Shown here one piece after another: positions 10,246-19,926 of a DNA stretch of 35,313 nt. The notes below the pieces were generated by a model that was not told the DNA's origin, searched no databases, and saw nothing but the letters and a program-made list of their open reading frames with translations. Position numbers and translations under genes: made by a program. Source of the stretch: a virus; the IMG/VR virus record IMGVR_UViG_3300025084_000004; one strand, given 5' to 3'. Each line of letters begins with the position of its first letter. Position 1 is the first letter of the stretch.

Positions 10246-12643
10246 ATGTATTAGACCTCCGTATAATAGCCGTAATAGTCATAGGTAAAGGCTGTGTTTG
10301 CCTAACTACAACTCTGGCGTCATTGTCATACCCGGAAGGAAAGAACACTTCCTTATCACCAGAAAAACTAGGGACCGCTTCATCCATGCTCATACTACTG
10401 TCTCTGAATGGTATTCTGTCCAAGTTACTAATGTTCGGGCCTACTTCAGCACCAACAGTTTCTAAGAACCTTACAGTCACACCATGTATTCTTTTTATCT
10501 TTCCTTGAGAGATGCCATCGTCAGCCCCTGCTTCTAAGCGTAATGTCTCTAATAAAGATGTGTAACCAAACCCAATGTGAACTTTGCTTGCGCTTCTCTC
10601 TAGCGTAACTTCGCCATCAGTAACTGTTTTGTTTGGGTGCGTTGCGCCATCAGCAAGTATGTTTACCTCTTCACCTTCTAAATGATTTAGACCGCTGATG
10701 GTCGTTGTAGCTGAGCCACTATATGTTAAGCCGCTATCAACAAAAAACGCATCTTCTGTGTTGCTTCCAAAGTCTATTGTTTTCAGGTACTCGATATGCC
10801 TGACAGTGGCCCCGTTTATTGTGCGTTTTACAGAAACATATACTTGGTCTTCTGCCCCGCTTGGGATTGCAGAGACACTTTCTACAAAGCCGTTTCCACC
10901 AATGTTGTGAGTATGCCAGCCTATAGCTGCGTTTGCTCTGTCATAAGTTAGGCCAACAAGCTCTCCATCATTGCGTACAAACCAGATAACAAGCTCTGGC
11001 TCTTGTTGCCATATCATGTCACTTAATCCGCCGCGTGGTATGTGGTCAGCTAGAATAGTTAAATCAATACCAAGCAACCCATCGGTGTCTAAGTCAAAGG
11101 TAATCTCTTTAACTTTCTCCTGACCTTTTTGAATAAGAATGGTTGAGTTACCTGCACGAAGAGGCCGCACCTGAGATGTACCAAATGTGGTTTCACGGAG
11201 CACATTTACGTTAGTCGGTGTGACAGGCGTGGCACCAGTACCACCAGATAAGGTGAACTCTGCGCTAGTTGTCAGTATCTGCAAGAACCGGCCCGGCAGT
11301 AAGTGTTTGATTACGTTTACTTGGTCAGAAGCAATAGTAATGTTTACGCCTGCGTCGTCTTCTGTGCCCGGCGTGTGGTTCTCAAAGTCAGCAGAAACAG
11401 AACCAAATATTGTTTGCGGTTGCCCTGTTGTGCCAGCAAAGTACAAACGCTGTTCGTAAAATGCCACAGCCCTTGGGAATCCTTGGTCGCCGCCGAAGGC
11501 TCCTAGTGACCACTTCTTTGTCGCGTTTCCTGAACCAATCGTGTTGTGTGGCAACACACTGATACCGCCATCATCTTCCTTAACAGTAGCTGTTACAGTA
11601 GTCGCGTTAGTAAAAGCTGTTATCTCTGCGTAACCTGTATCGTCGTGTCTGTATTGCCAGTCTATGTCTCCGTAAGTCTCTGTGCCTTCAACGTGGACAG
11701 GTGGAGTATTATTAGACGTTTCTGTGCTGCCAGAAACTTGCTTGTAAACATGACCATCATACCGAACAAAAGAGTTATTGTTATAGCTAGTGTTTGCCGA
11801 CCAAACATCATAATGTATTTCCAGAACTTCTCTCAGGCGAATTAGCCTGCCAACGTCACCGCTCGTAAATAAATCAGCAGAAGCGGTAATAGTTACGCTA
11901 CCTGTATCAGAAGAAGCATAGATAGTTGTGTCTGTAATGTTCTCATCAAGGTACGGGCCATCAACAAAATCAATATCATCTAAGGTAAAGGATGTTGCCG
12001 TCGTTCTTGTTAGCTTTGCTGGTGCATGGTCCTTGTGCGCCATGTAAAGAACATCAGCAGACTGAGCATGGTTTATTTCGAATATATCCGTAACGCTGTA
12101 GGTCGTAGCTACTTCAACAATTCTTCCCACCGCACCGCCCGATGTGTAAGCGCTGTATCCGCTGCTATCTATGCCGGTCAGCTCAAAAGTATCGGTTGTC
12201 TGGTTTGCAACAGTAAACTCTAAGTTATTTAACTGTGACATTCCTGCAACACCTGAGATAAAAACTCTATCTCCGTTAGAAAAACCATGCCCGGCGGCTG
12301 TTACGACAGCGGGGCTTGCTTGGGTTATTGCTGTTATGGAAGTAGTTGTTTCAGTCAGTATTCCACCGTCTTTGAAAAAACGGATATAGTTTGCGCCAAA
12401 CTCGAGGATATATGCTTGCTCATCACTAAACTCAAAATTAACAAGCTTAACCTTGCCGCCATCTTTACTTCTGCCAGCAAAGTATGTGCCGGGCCTGCGC
12501 GTTGCGCCGCCCGAAGGATACACCAGCATATTAGATATTGTCTGGGCAGCTTCGTTATACTTTGTTAAGTCGATGCGACCTTCCAGCCGTGGCGATAGCT
12601 CACCAGACTTAAAGTTGGTAACAATGGTCGAAACTCTTGCCAT
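10235..12643 (-). CDS. Tail tubular protein B / nozzle (T7 gp12-like, 802 aa)
   Basis: Size, position after the adaptor, and an N-terminus (MARVSTIVTNFKSGELSPRLEGRIDLTKY...GGATRRPGT) typical of podovirus nozzle proteins. Confidence 0.8.
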   Translation of the reverse strand: MARVSTIVTNFKSGELSPRLEGRIDLTKYNEAAQTISNMLVYPSGGATRRPGTYFAGRSKDGGKVKLVNFEFSDEQAYILEFGANYIRFFKDGGILTETTTSITAITQASPAVVTAAGHGFSNGDRVFISGVAGMSQLNNLEFTVANQTTDTFELTGIDSSGYSAYTSGGAVGRIVEVATTYSVTDIFEINHAQSADVLYMAHKDHAPAKLTRTTATSFTLDDIDFVDGPYLDENITDTTIYASSDTGSVTITASADLFTSGDVGRLIRLREVLEIHYDVWSANTSYNNNSFVRYDGHVYKQVSGSTETSNNTPPVHVEGTETYGDIDWQYRHDDTGYAEITAFTNATTVTATVKEDDGGISVLPHNTIGSGNATKKWSLGAFGGDQGFPRAVAFYEQRLYFAGTTGQPQTIFGSVSADFENHTPGTEDDAGVNITIASDQVNVIKHLLPGRFLQILTTSAEFTLSGGTGATPVTPTNVNVLRETTFGTSQVRPLRAGNSTILIQKGQEKVKEITFDLDTDGLLGIDLTILADHIPRGGLSDMIWQQEPELVIWFVRNDGELVGLTYDRANAAIGWHTHNIGGNGFVESVSAIPSGAEDQVYVSVKRTINGATVRHIEYLKTIDFGSNTEDAFFVDSGLTYSGSATTTISGLNHLEGEEVNILADGATHPNKTVTDGEVTLERSASKVHIGFGYTSLLETLRLEAGADDGISQGKIKRIHGVTVRFLETVGAEVGPNISNLDRIPFRDSSMSMDEAVPSFSGDKEVFFPSGYDNDARVVVRQTQPLPMTITAIIRRSNTFDV

Positions 12644-12646
12644 GAC

Positions 12647-13243
12647 TTACAGCCTTATGTTCGTAAAGTCTTCTGTGATAATTCTGTCCGGCTTGCCTTC
12701 GATAGCATCCATCGACCGAGCTTCCCTTAATCTTGACTCAAAAAGAGCAAACATTTGCTGCGAGACGCTGGTGCTCCCAGTGATAGCGTAGGATGTTTCC
12801 GCTGCTAATCTGTAAGCGATAGCATTAGATAAAGACGCATCATACTGCTCAGTGTCTTCTACGCGAGCTATATAGATAATCCGACAGCTATCTTCGTCTG
12901 TTAATACCTTGCGTCCCTCAATCTTAAACATTGATTGCGTATCGTATGGGGCAATTTCGTTATCTACGTTTGATGTGTGTAGCGACATAACCCGCAAACA
13001 GTAAGGGTCAGAAGGCAAAGTGAACTGGCTCAAGAAACCAAAGGCTGGAACCTCGGAGTCTTTTGCAAGCTGTTTTCTTGTGATTGCTACATTCCAGGGG
13101 TGCGAGCGCAGCACAGTGTCTCTGACTGTTTCAAATCGCCGGTTACACAAACGCGCTTCTTTGGAGTTTTCTGCTAGCGAGGTAATAGTTGCCGCGCCCA
13201 GCAAGTCCATAGCTTCATTACAAATATCAACAACGGATGCCAT
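12647..13243 (-). CDS. Head-tail adaptor / tail tubular protein A (T7 gp11-like, 198 aa)
   Basis: Size and position, plus the N-terminal pattern MASVVDICNEAMDLLGA...SLAENSKEARLC...HPWN that is common in gp11-like proteins. Confidence 0.7.
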   Translation of the reverse strand: MASVVDICNEAMDLLGAATITSLAENSKEARLCNRRFETVRDTVLRSHPWNVAITRKQLAKDSEVPAFGFLSQFTLPSDPYCLRVMSLHTSNVDNEIAPYDTQSMFKIEGRKVLTDEDSCRIIYIARVEDTEQYDASLSNAIAYRLAAETSYAITGSTSVSQQMFALFESRLREARSMDAIEGKPDRIITEDFTNIRL

Positions 13244-13593
13244 TACTTTATCAACCTCGCCACTTTCACCAATGCGCCCTTGCTAGTGTTATTGTCACCA
13301 CCAAGAACTATATCGCCTGCTTTTGCTGCCTCTCTTGCTAAGTCTTTCAGACGTTCTGTTGGCAGCATTATAACAATTCCGTCGTCTAATATAAACGCCC
13401 AATGGTTAGCTTGTGTTGTAGCTATCCCGGAAGGCTTGCCTCTACAAAAAAACTCCACAAACACATTACCTGTCTGTGAAGCCCTGAAATCTCTTTTGAC
13501 CTCTAGGGTCTTCGATTGTAACAGCTCGCCTAACCATTCTTCCTCTATTTGACCAACCTTTAAGTCGTATCGGAAGTCGCTGTTATATTCCAA
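13243..13593 (-). CDS. Hypothetical protein, possibly PD-(D/E)xK-fold (116 aa)
   Basis: TTG start directly downstream of the capsid terminator. Contains LEVKRD...TGNVFVEF...GKPSGIATTQANHW, which resembles E-x-K nuclease-fold phage proteins. Weak call. Confidence 0.4.
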   Translation of the reverse strand: MEYNSDFRYDLKVGQIEEEWLGELLQSKTLEVKRDFRASQTGNVFVEFFCRGKPSGIATTQANHWAFILDDGIVIMLPTERLKDLAREAAKAGDIVLGGDNNTSKGALVKVARLIK

Positions 13594-13610
13594 TTCTCAC
13601 CCCTTAAAAG

Positions 13611-13634
13611 GAGGGGGCAATTTCTCGCCCCCTC
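13611..13634 (-). terminator. Intrinsic terminator-like hairpin after the major capsid gene
   Basis: GAGGGGGC (13611-18) and GCCCCCTC (13627-34) form a perfect 8-bp GC stem with an 8-nt loop. On the minus strand the stem is followed by CTTTTAA. It lies 7 nt downstream of the capsid stop. Confidence 0.7.
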
Positions 13635-13640
13635 GCAATA

Positions 13641-14516
13641 TTAGTCTGGAGATTCGTCACAAAGGATTTTAACAACCTTTGCTTCTTCCATGCGAACCGC
13701 ACCTAGTGACATGCAGTAGTACACCTGAGTTGCGTAGCTTTTATCTGCACGCTCATCAATGCGAGCTGAGATGTCTTTGCCGAGGCCCAGTGTGATACCG
13801 TCTTCCGCCCATGCAAAGCAATCGCGGATGTCATCAGTTTCAGAACCATCAGATGTGGCAAGGCGGTTTGTCATAATGAACTTGAAGCCCATGAAGGTAT
13901 CTAGCTCACCCTGAACGAGTGCCTTGACTGAGTTGAAATCACTTGAAGTCACATTAGTATCGGCAAGCAGAGCTTGAATCTGGCTTGGTCCGACAGCAAT
14001 GTAGCGCTGAAGTGATGGGTCAACGTCACCTGAATCCAGCTTAAACTTAGCTTCACGCAGCTTTGCCAGCGTCAAGTTAGTGTTGCCTTCTACAACAGTC
14101 TGAGTAATGGCTTGTGTGCCAGAACCAGTTTCGCCTGTTGCTGCTGTACCAAGAGCTGCCGCAATGATTACGTCATCCATCGCACGACCCATAGCTGCTG
14201 CTGCTGCCATAGCGTAAGATGAAGTCGGGTCAATCAGCATGCGAACCTTATCTTGGTCATCAATCAGGTCAGCGTACTCGTAGTCTGCCAAAGTTAGACG
14301 ACGCCGTGAGTGTGGTGTGTCAATCTGTGGTGTGTCAGCATGACGAGTTGTCCGAACCTGTGCAGTTGCTGCACCGATTTGGTCAATAAAAGCGTTCTTA
14401 CCAACAACATTTTCAATGCGAACTGCGTCGCGCAGACGGGAACCCATCTGCTGAGATAGCATCTGCACATTAGCTGAATACTGCTGTACAAACGCGGTGG
14501 TTACTTCTGTGGACAT
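13641..14516 (-). CDS. Major capsid protein (291 aa)
   Basis: Strongest RBS in the window (AAGGAGG) and a terminator downstream. It sits after the scaffold gene. The N-terminus TAFVQQYSANVQMLSQQMGSRLR is typical of one podo/siphovirus capsid family. Confidence 0.85.
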   Translation of the reverse strand: MSTEVTTAFVQQYSANVQMLSQQMGSRLRDAVRIENVVGKNAFIDQIGAATAQVRTTRHADTPQIDTPHSRRRLTLADYEYADLIDDQDKVRMLIDPTSSYAMAAAAAMGRAMDDVIIAAALGTAATGETGSGTQAITQTVVEGNTNLTLAKLREAKFKLDSGDVDPSLQRYIAVGPSQIQALLADTNVTSSDFNSVKALVQGELDTFMGFKFIMTNRLATSDGSETDDIRDCFAWAEDGITLGLGKDISARIDERADKSYATQVYYCMSLGAVRMEEAKVVKILCDESPD

Positions 14517-14547
14517 AATGTCCTCCTTTAAGTTTCACGTTTACATT

Positions 14548-14778
14548 TTAGCTTTGCAGTGTGCTACCCGACGCACGGACACTCCTAGTCTTTTTAGCCG
14601 ACTTGTGGCTATCGTCTTTCCGATTGTCTCCGGGACGAGTTGCCTCGCTACCCCTCATAACCCAATCGTAGTAATTGTCTGCGAGTTGGGCCGGATTTAA
14701 TACGTCTCGCATAGAACCAAATTCTATTGCCAAACGTAAACAGTCTAGGCGGGTTTGGATTTTATCTAGCTTATCCAT
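14548..14778 (-). CDS. Hypothetical protein (76 aa) between scaffold and capsid
   Basis: ATG at 14778 overlaps the scaffold stop (ATGGATAA). Same strand and tightly packed. Confidence 0.45.
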   Translation of the reverse strand: MDKLDKIQTRLDCLRLAIEFGSMRDVLNPAQLADNYYDWVMRGSEATRPGDNRKDDSHKSAKKTRSVRASGSTLQS

Positions 14779-15610
14779 GAACCATACCCATCAATTCTTG
14801 CATTTTGCGGATAGCTTCTTCATGCCCCGCACCGTGTTTCTTGTCCCAATAAGCATGAGACTTGTCACGCATGATTGCATCAATCTCTGCTTGAGCTGCC
14901 TTGGGTGTCATTATCCCCGTTGCCGCACTTTCAGAAACAGTGTCCTCACTTGTGACAGTTTGCCTAAAATCAGCAATTTTTGCAAATGCTTTGACAAAAT
15001 CAGTGTTGTTACCAAGCTTAGAGCCATCAGCTAATTCGATATTAAAAACATCTTCGCCAGCAAATTCTTGTGCCGCCTTTGCAGCTTGCTCAACCTTTTG
15101 GTCAAATGCTCTGCCCCATTCTTGGCGAAGCGCACCTTCGGCCTCTTCCCGGCGTTGCGAGACAACATCCGCTGAAGCTTCTACGCCTTGCTGTATGCTA
15201 GACTTGTAATAATCAAGTATGCCCTTTGCTTGGTCTGGGTTTAGGCGAAGGCTGTGGGCTACTTCACTAAACTGAGATGCAACGTCTTCGGTAACAATAT
15301 TCCCGTCAATTTCGATACTGTACCCGCTGGAATCTTCTGGCCTGCCGAGCTTCCCATAAATACGGTCTAAGTCTTCGTCCGTAGGGTTTACCGGCAACGG
15401 TATCTTGTCAGCACCAATTAACTTCTGTGCGTTGACGTAAGACCGGGCTAGATTAGAAACATCTTTGATAGACGTTAAACTAGGGTCTTCCCGTAGCTCT
15501 TCTGGAATCATTGATAAAAAATCGTTACCAGACCCGCCTGTAGCAACTTCCGCTGGTGTTTCCAACGTAGCTTCTGGCTGGGCTACCTGTTCGACATTCT
15601 CTTCAGACAT
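14771..15610 (-). CDS. Scaffolding protein (279 aa, acidic, helical)
   Basis: Located between portal and capsid. AGGAG RBS. Low-complexity acidic composition. Confidence 0.7.
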   Translation of the reverse strand: MSEENVEQVAQPEATLETPAEVATGGSGNDFLSMIPEELREDPSLTSIKDVSNLARSYVNAQKLIGADKIPLPVNPTDEDLDRIYGKLGRPEDSSGYSIEIDGNIVTEDVASQFSEVAHSLRLNPDQAKGILDYYKSSIQQGVEASADVVSQRREEAEGALRQEWGRAFDQKVEQAAKAAQEFAGEDVFNIELADGSKLGNNTDFVKAFAKIADFRQTVTSEDTVSESAATGIMTPKAAQAEIDAIMRDKSHAYWDKKHGAGHEEAIRKMQELMGMVHG

Positions 15611-15612
15611 AA

Positions 15613-15810
15613 TTACTCCTGCATCATGTTGTAAATGTGAAGGATAACCATACGCTTACCCTCCTCGAAAGCTGTGGCATTAGCATCGCCTGCCACATAA
15701 CTTGAAGTTCGCCAATTAGAGCGAGCCTCCAAATCCTTTAGCACTATTACCCCACTGTCACTAGTGAAGGCCTGCTTATACATTTCGCGTAGCTTATCTA
15801 CTTCGTTCAT
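15613..15810 (-). CDS. Hypothetical protein (65 aa)
   Basis: Coupled to the portal stop by a TAATG overlap. Confidence 0.45.
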   Translation of the reverse strand: MNEVDKLREMYKQAFTSDSGVIVLKDLEARSNWRTSSYVAGDANATAFEEGKRMVILHIYNMMQE

Positions 15811-17399
15811 TACTCGCCTAACATCCTTACTGCTTGTGCGCCTTGCGCTATATTTGCAACGTCTTCAGTTGTCTGTTGACGCTCTGCCATCTCCTGTTCC
15901 TGCGCTGCCCTCTGTTGCCTTGCCTCGTCCACTTCTCTTTGTGAGCGAAGAGTTGTCTTTGGAACACCGAGAGATTCAGTAATATGACGAACAAGACCAT
16001 CAGGGTCTATATGGTCGCCAACAGGGAATGATTGAGCAAGCGGAAGAAGAACCTCAAGGGCTTTGATTGTGCCATTAAGTGAAGTAGACTTCTGCGCTCT
16101 GGCAAGAGGTGATACATATTCAATATCAATATCTCTGCCCTGCAAGCTTTCCGGCGGGATTGATAGCATCTCTTGACGCAGCATAAGCCCAAACACTCTG
16201 TCAATTAACGGACGAAGCATCTCATTCATCAATCTTCCTAGAACAGGGCCAATCACCCTCATGCGCTCTTCCTGCCTTTGGATAACTTCCGTAGCAGTCA
16301 TATTAGGAGCGCCGCCAGATAGTAACTGGTCTACATAGAACGTAGAGCGGATTGCTTCTCTCCGTTGTTCTTCCATGCTTAGACCGATTGGAATGTTAGC
16401 ACCTGCCTGCAATGGTGTGATTGTATCTCTTGTACCTGCTCTATAAAAGTTAAGGCCACCGGGCTGTGTCCGTACCGGCATAATAAAACCGTCATCAGGA
16501 ACCAATAAGGGTGGGTCTATTTGTTTCTGAGCTGCCTGAATAATTGTCTTAGACATTAGGTTAAGCATTTTAACATCAGGCAACGCAGACATAGCAGGGC
16601 TTCTGCCCATCACTTCGCCTGTTGCTTTTAAGAAGCGCGGAACAATGTATGGGAGTTCTTCAAACCCAGACTCTGACAGTAGCATGCCTGACTCAACGTC
16701 AATGTAAAATGACGCATACGGCATGTTCTTGTTGTCACGCTTATTCGGGTCACGGTTAATACGCGGAAGAACAGCATGCAGGATTTCTATTTCTTCATCC
16801 GGCTTGTCTTCAAACTTCTTGCGAATGTAATCGCTTACGTTGTCAATTCCGAAACGCTGAATGACCTGCCTAACCGGGGACTTGTACTTTCTAAAGACAG
16901 TATCAACAATGCCAAACTGGTTTTCTTGGACGTAAAACTCAGAGATGTGCCGTGTACTGAAGCGAAGATTACCATCATCCATTTCAATAAACATACAGCC
17001 AGTACCGAACACAACCAAGTCAACGTACATTTCATGCACTTCAGTCTCAAAGTTAGACTGGTTAAACGCCTGTATCATTCTATTGCTGGAGTCTTCTAGC
17101 CATTCCTGAACGTCGTCATCACGAGAAATGTCTGCGTCTTTCATGTTCAGGTGGAACCAAGGCGTTGAGCCGCTGGTTAGCATGCCGTGCAAAGAAGCTG
17201 ATAACAGGTCTACCGCTTGTAAAGCAGTCCCATCGTAAATAAACTCCATACGCTTTTCGCCGCGAGAACGCTTACGAACAATATCCGCCTTACGGGGAAG
17301 CATATAATCCGCAAGTTCTTGATAATGGGTGTCCCAGTTATCTCTGCGTCCCTTAATATAATCGAAGCGAGATATAAGCGATTTGGTGAAGTTACTCAT
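15810..17399 (-). CDS. Portal (head-to-tail connector, T7 gp8-like, 529 aa)
   Basis: Size, position, and an N-terminus RFDYIKGRRDNWDTHYQELADYMLPRK...FIYDGTA typical of T7-type portals. Confidence 0.85.
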   Translation of the reverse strand: MSNFTKSLISRFDYIKGRRDNWDTHYQELADYMLPRKADIVRKRSRGEKRMEFIYDGTALQAVDLLSASLHGMLTSGSTPWFHLNMKDADISRDDDVQEWLEDSSNRMIQAFNQSNFETEVHEMYVDLVVFGTGCMFIEMDDGNLRFSTRHISEFYVQENQFGIVDTVFRKYKSPVRQVIQRFGIDNVSDYIRKKFEDKPDEEIEILHAVLPRINRDPNKRDNKNMPYASFYIDVESGMLLSESGFEELPYIVPRFLKATGEVMGRSPAMSALPDVKMLNLMSKTIIQAAQKQIDPPLLVPDDGFIMPVRTQPGGLNFYRAGTRDTITPLQAGANIPIGLSMEEQRREAIRSTFYVDQLLSGGAPNMTATEVIQRQEERMRVIGPVLGRLMNEMLRPLIDRVFGLMLRQEMLSIPPESLQGRDIDIEYVSPLARAQKSTSLNGTIKALEVLLPLAQSFPVGDHIDPDGLVRHITESLGVPKTTLRSQREVDEARQQRAAQEQEMAERQQTTEDVANIAQGAQAVRMLGE

Positions 17400-17401
17400 G
17401 T

Positions 17402-17611
17402 TTACCCCAATAATGTCGGTGTGCCGGTTGTTACGCCAGAATCTCCTAGCGCACCTGCCACGATTGTAGAACCTGAACCGCGCTTACGCCGAGACTTGGC
17501 AGTTGCCTCCTCAGATAAAGCAGCGGCTCTTTCCATATCAACAGGGTCTGCGGCAGGTGGAGCTGGCGGAGCCGGTGGAGGCATTGGAATCTTCGGGCGA
17601 AAAACACTCAT
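17402..17611 (-). CDS. Pro-rich small protein with a basic RKRGSGSTIVAG...TLLG tail (69 aa)
   Basis: ATG at 17611 with a TAATG overlap. Contains PMPPPAPPAPPAADP. The C-terminal motif is shared with the preceding 204-aa protein. Confidence 0.5.
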   Translation of the reverse strand: MSVFRPKIPMPPPAPPAPPAADPVDMERAAALSEEATAKSRRKRGSGSTIVAGALGDSGVTTGTPTLLG

Positions 17612-18225
17612 TAACTTACTCCTTTACCAGACCCGCCTCTATAAAGAGAACCGTAGCCTTCTAACAACGTACCGCCTTGTCCCGCTCTTTTACCGCGAGT
17701 TCTTTTACGGCCCCTAGTCATAATAGTTTCTTCTTCAGCAGCCGCTGTCGCCGCAACCTCTTCTGGTGTTTTTTGTTGTTGCCCTTCAAAAGGGGCAGCG
17801 TTCTCGTCGTCAGGTATAGAGCGCGGGTCTATTTGCCCAAACACTGTAGTACCCACACCTTTTGGGTCGCCTTCTGGCCTTCCAGTGTACCTTCCAGATT
17901 TATCAACAGCGCCCATCAAAGTACCAGACTTTGAGAAAACAGCCTTGCCGCCACCCTTCAGCACTTTCTCAATGTTGTTTAAATTCATTTTAGAGATAGC
18001 TCCACCAACAACACCAGCCGTTGTCGGGATGCTTACACTGCCTACTTTTATGCTACCGTCTGATGCAGCATCGCGTCTTTCGCTTATTTGCCTATAAGCA
18101 TCAGCGGTACTAAGGCCGCGCTCAATTCTAGCTTGATTTTCTCTAGCTCTTTTTTGAGCTGCTTCTTTTGGTGCAGCGAACCCGTCATTCGCATCACCGC
18201 CACCGCCGCCGCCACCGCCGCCCAT
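17611..18225 (-). CDS. Gly-rich protein (204 aa) with N-terminal MGGGGGGGGGDANDG and a basic RGRKRTRGKRAGQGGTLLEG tail
   Basis: ATG at 18225 with AAGGAG upstream. No family recognised. Confidence 0.55.
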   Translation of the reverse strand: MGGGGGGGGGDANDGFAAPKEAAQKRARENQARIERGLSTADAYRQISERRDAASDGSIKVGSVSIPTTAGVVGGAISKMNLNNIEKVLKGGGKAVFSKSGTLMGAVDKSGRYTGRPEGDPKGVGTTVFGQIDPRSIPDDENAAPFEGQQQKTPEEVAATAAAEEETIMTRGRKRTRGKRAGQGGTLLEGYGSLYRGGSGKGVS

Positions 18226-18226
18226 G

Positions 18227-18643
18227 TCAGACTCCTTTTAACTTATGCCAACCACGCTTATGTTTGGTTGTTCTTAACCACTGGGCGTTATCATATCCCA
18301 TGTCAATAAACTTGTCTTTAAGATACCTGAAACCACTAATAATGTCACGTTTGCCCCCTAGACATATGAAATCTATAATCCAGGGGGTGTTGCCTATGCC
18401 ATAGAAGCCGTCAGGCGGGAACCTTCCAGTCTCTAAATATTCCTCAACATGCCCTTCATCAGGAAAGGCATATGTCGCAAACATAGAAGGCAAGCCATCT
18501 TTAAAGTCGCAAACAAAAGTCTCGTTCTCAACAGGAGGAACAATAAGAAGCTCGTAGTCCCAGTCAGTCCAATACTTATGGTACGGACTTCTTTTCAACA
18601 AGTATGTTGCTACCATGTAGCCTTTAGCACTATTCATCGTCAT
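18227..18643 (-). CDS. HlyC/ApxC-family (RTX toxin-activating) lysine acyltransferase homologue (138 aa)
   Basis: By-eye alignment to E. coli HlyC gives three matching blocks. RSPYHKYW matches SSPLHRNW. TPWIIDFICLGG matches RKWFIDWIAPFG. FRYLKDKF matches YKYMRKKF. His22 and Asp91 fall at the positions of the reported His/Asp catalytic dyad. The size is also similar. Confidence 0.65.
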   Translation of the reverse strand: MTMNSAKGYMVATYLLKRSPYHKYWTDWDYELLIVPPVENETFVCDFKDGLPSMFATYAFPDEGHVEEYLETGRFPPDGFYGIGNTPWIIDFICLGGKRDIISGFRYLKDKFIDMGYDNAQWLRTTKHKRGWHKLKGV

Positions 18644-19926
18644 AGCGCGAAGGGGTTGTACGAATTTTCTGCAACCGACTGCGGAGCTCTGACTCCAGCT
18701 TCTCTATTTTGCAGTCCAACCGCGAGGTACCTAAACGCATCAGCCGCGTGGCTAGTAAAGTCGTGTCTAGGGTGATTTCTAAAAATTTGTCTTTTGTCAT
18801 CCCAATCCTGCCTGTATTGTTTTAAACATTCCAACCCAACAGCGCACTTGTCATCATCAAAGTAACACTTGGGCAACATCATTCGTGCCGCATTAATGCC
18901 ATCCGCAATCTTCATTTTTGGAATAACACGGAATCGAATACCTAAATTGTACGCTGTTTCTAATCGGCTTTTACCGCTACCCAGCTCGCGCACTTCAATA
19001 TCATGCGGCGCAAGGTGGTCGCCATAATGGTATTCCTTTTGCCGTAATACCTCGGCGTAGTGGTCGAGCCCAACTCCAGAGCTCTCATAATAATCAATGA
19101 CATTAACTGCTCCTCCACGAAATATCTGGGCAAACCAAATAGCTGTGCTGTCGTTCATGCCCAAGTCCCACGCAGTATGCACTGGAAGCGAAGGGTCATA
19201 TGGTACTCTAGTTATCTTTCCAGCATCTTCAGCATCCGCAATCAACTTCGCGTAGTATGCGCCGATAATAGCGGCAGTAAAGGAACACTCAAATTCCTGT
19301 TGATACTGTTCTTCCGTCATGGAAGCGCGAGCAGCGTCCAGCTCTTCTTGCTTTACAATCTCTGTTTCGCTCGCCTTACAGACCCTATAATACCAATCTT
19401 CGGAACCCTCGCCCAGTTCACGCTTAGCGTTTTGCATCATATCATAAAAATGATTATGGCCTGCCGGGGTGCCCAGAAATGTAGCCGAGCCCTGTCTGTC
19501 AGACAGCGCCGGGCGCACAACCTCGCCCCATACCCGAGGATTTTGCATGCCATATTCGTCAAAGAAACAATCATCTAAATAAATACCACGCAGCGCATCG
19601 GGGTTTTCGGCAGACAATAAAGTTATTCTTCCGCCATTAGGAAAGTCGGCTCGCAGCTCAGTCTCGTTAAATGTCGTACCCGGTATCACTCCGGCGTAAT
19701 ACTTCACATAGTCCCAAGCAATACGTTTTGCCTGCGTAAAGGTAGGAGCAATCAAAGCAACGCGAGGACGAGGTAGCGGATTGGTTAGCACCCGCTTTAT
19801 CATATGATTGACAGCCCAGACTGTCTTTCCAAAGCGTCTGTGCATCACCAGCACATTCCAGCGCTTCAGCTCTTTGTGCATGTCAGCCTGTATCGGGCGA
19901 GGCTTGTACGGGATTTTAACTTCCAT
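18640..19926 (-). CDS. terL: Terminase large subunit (428 aa)
   Basis: Walker A-like HRRFGKT, Walker B-like IYLDDCFFDE, and the nuclease-domain motif TAWDLGMNDSTAIW. It follows TerS. Confidence 0.9.
   Translation of the reverse strand: MEVKIPYKPRPIQADMHKELKRWNVLVMHRRFGKTVWAVNHMIKRVLTNPLPRPRVALIAPTFTQAKRIAWDYVKYYAGVIPGTTFNETELRADFPNGGRITLLSAENPDALRGIYLDDCFFDEYGMQNPRVWGEVVRPALSDRQGSATFLGTPAGHNHFYDMMQNAKRELGEGSEDWYYRVCKASETEIVKQEELDAARASMTEEQYQQEFECSFTAAIIGAYYAKLIADAEDAGKITRVPYDPSLPVHTAWDLGMNDSTAIWFAQIFRGGAVNVIDYYESSGVGLDHYAEVLRQKEYHYGDHLAPHDIEVRELGSGKSRLETAYNLGIRFRVIPKMKIADGINAARMMLPKCYFDDDKCAVGLECLKQYRQDWDDKRQIFRNHPRHDFTSHAADAFRYLAVGLQNREAGVRAPQSVAENSYNPFAL

Noticed and set aside
18191-18225. 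The (GCC/ACC)n triplet run as a tandem-repeat or contingency locus.
   Set aside because: It simply encodes the N-terminal Gly9 tract using mixed GGC/GGT codons. It is imperfect at the DNA level, so slippage is unlikely. A single GGGGGGGDAND is also too little to call an RTX calcium-binding repeat.
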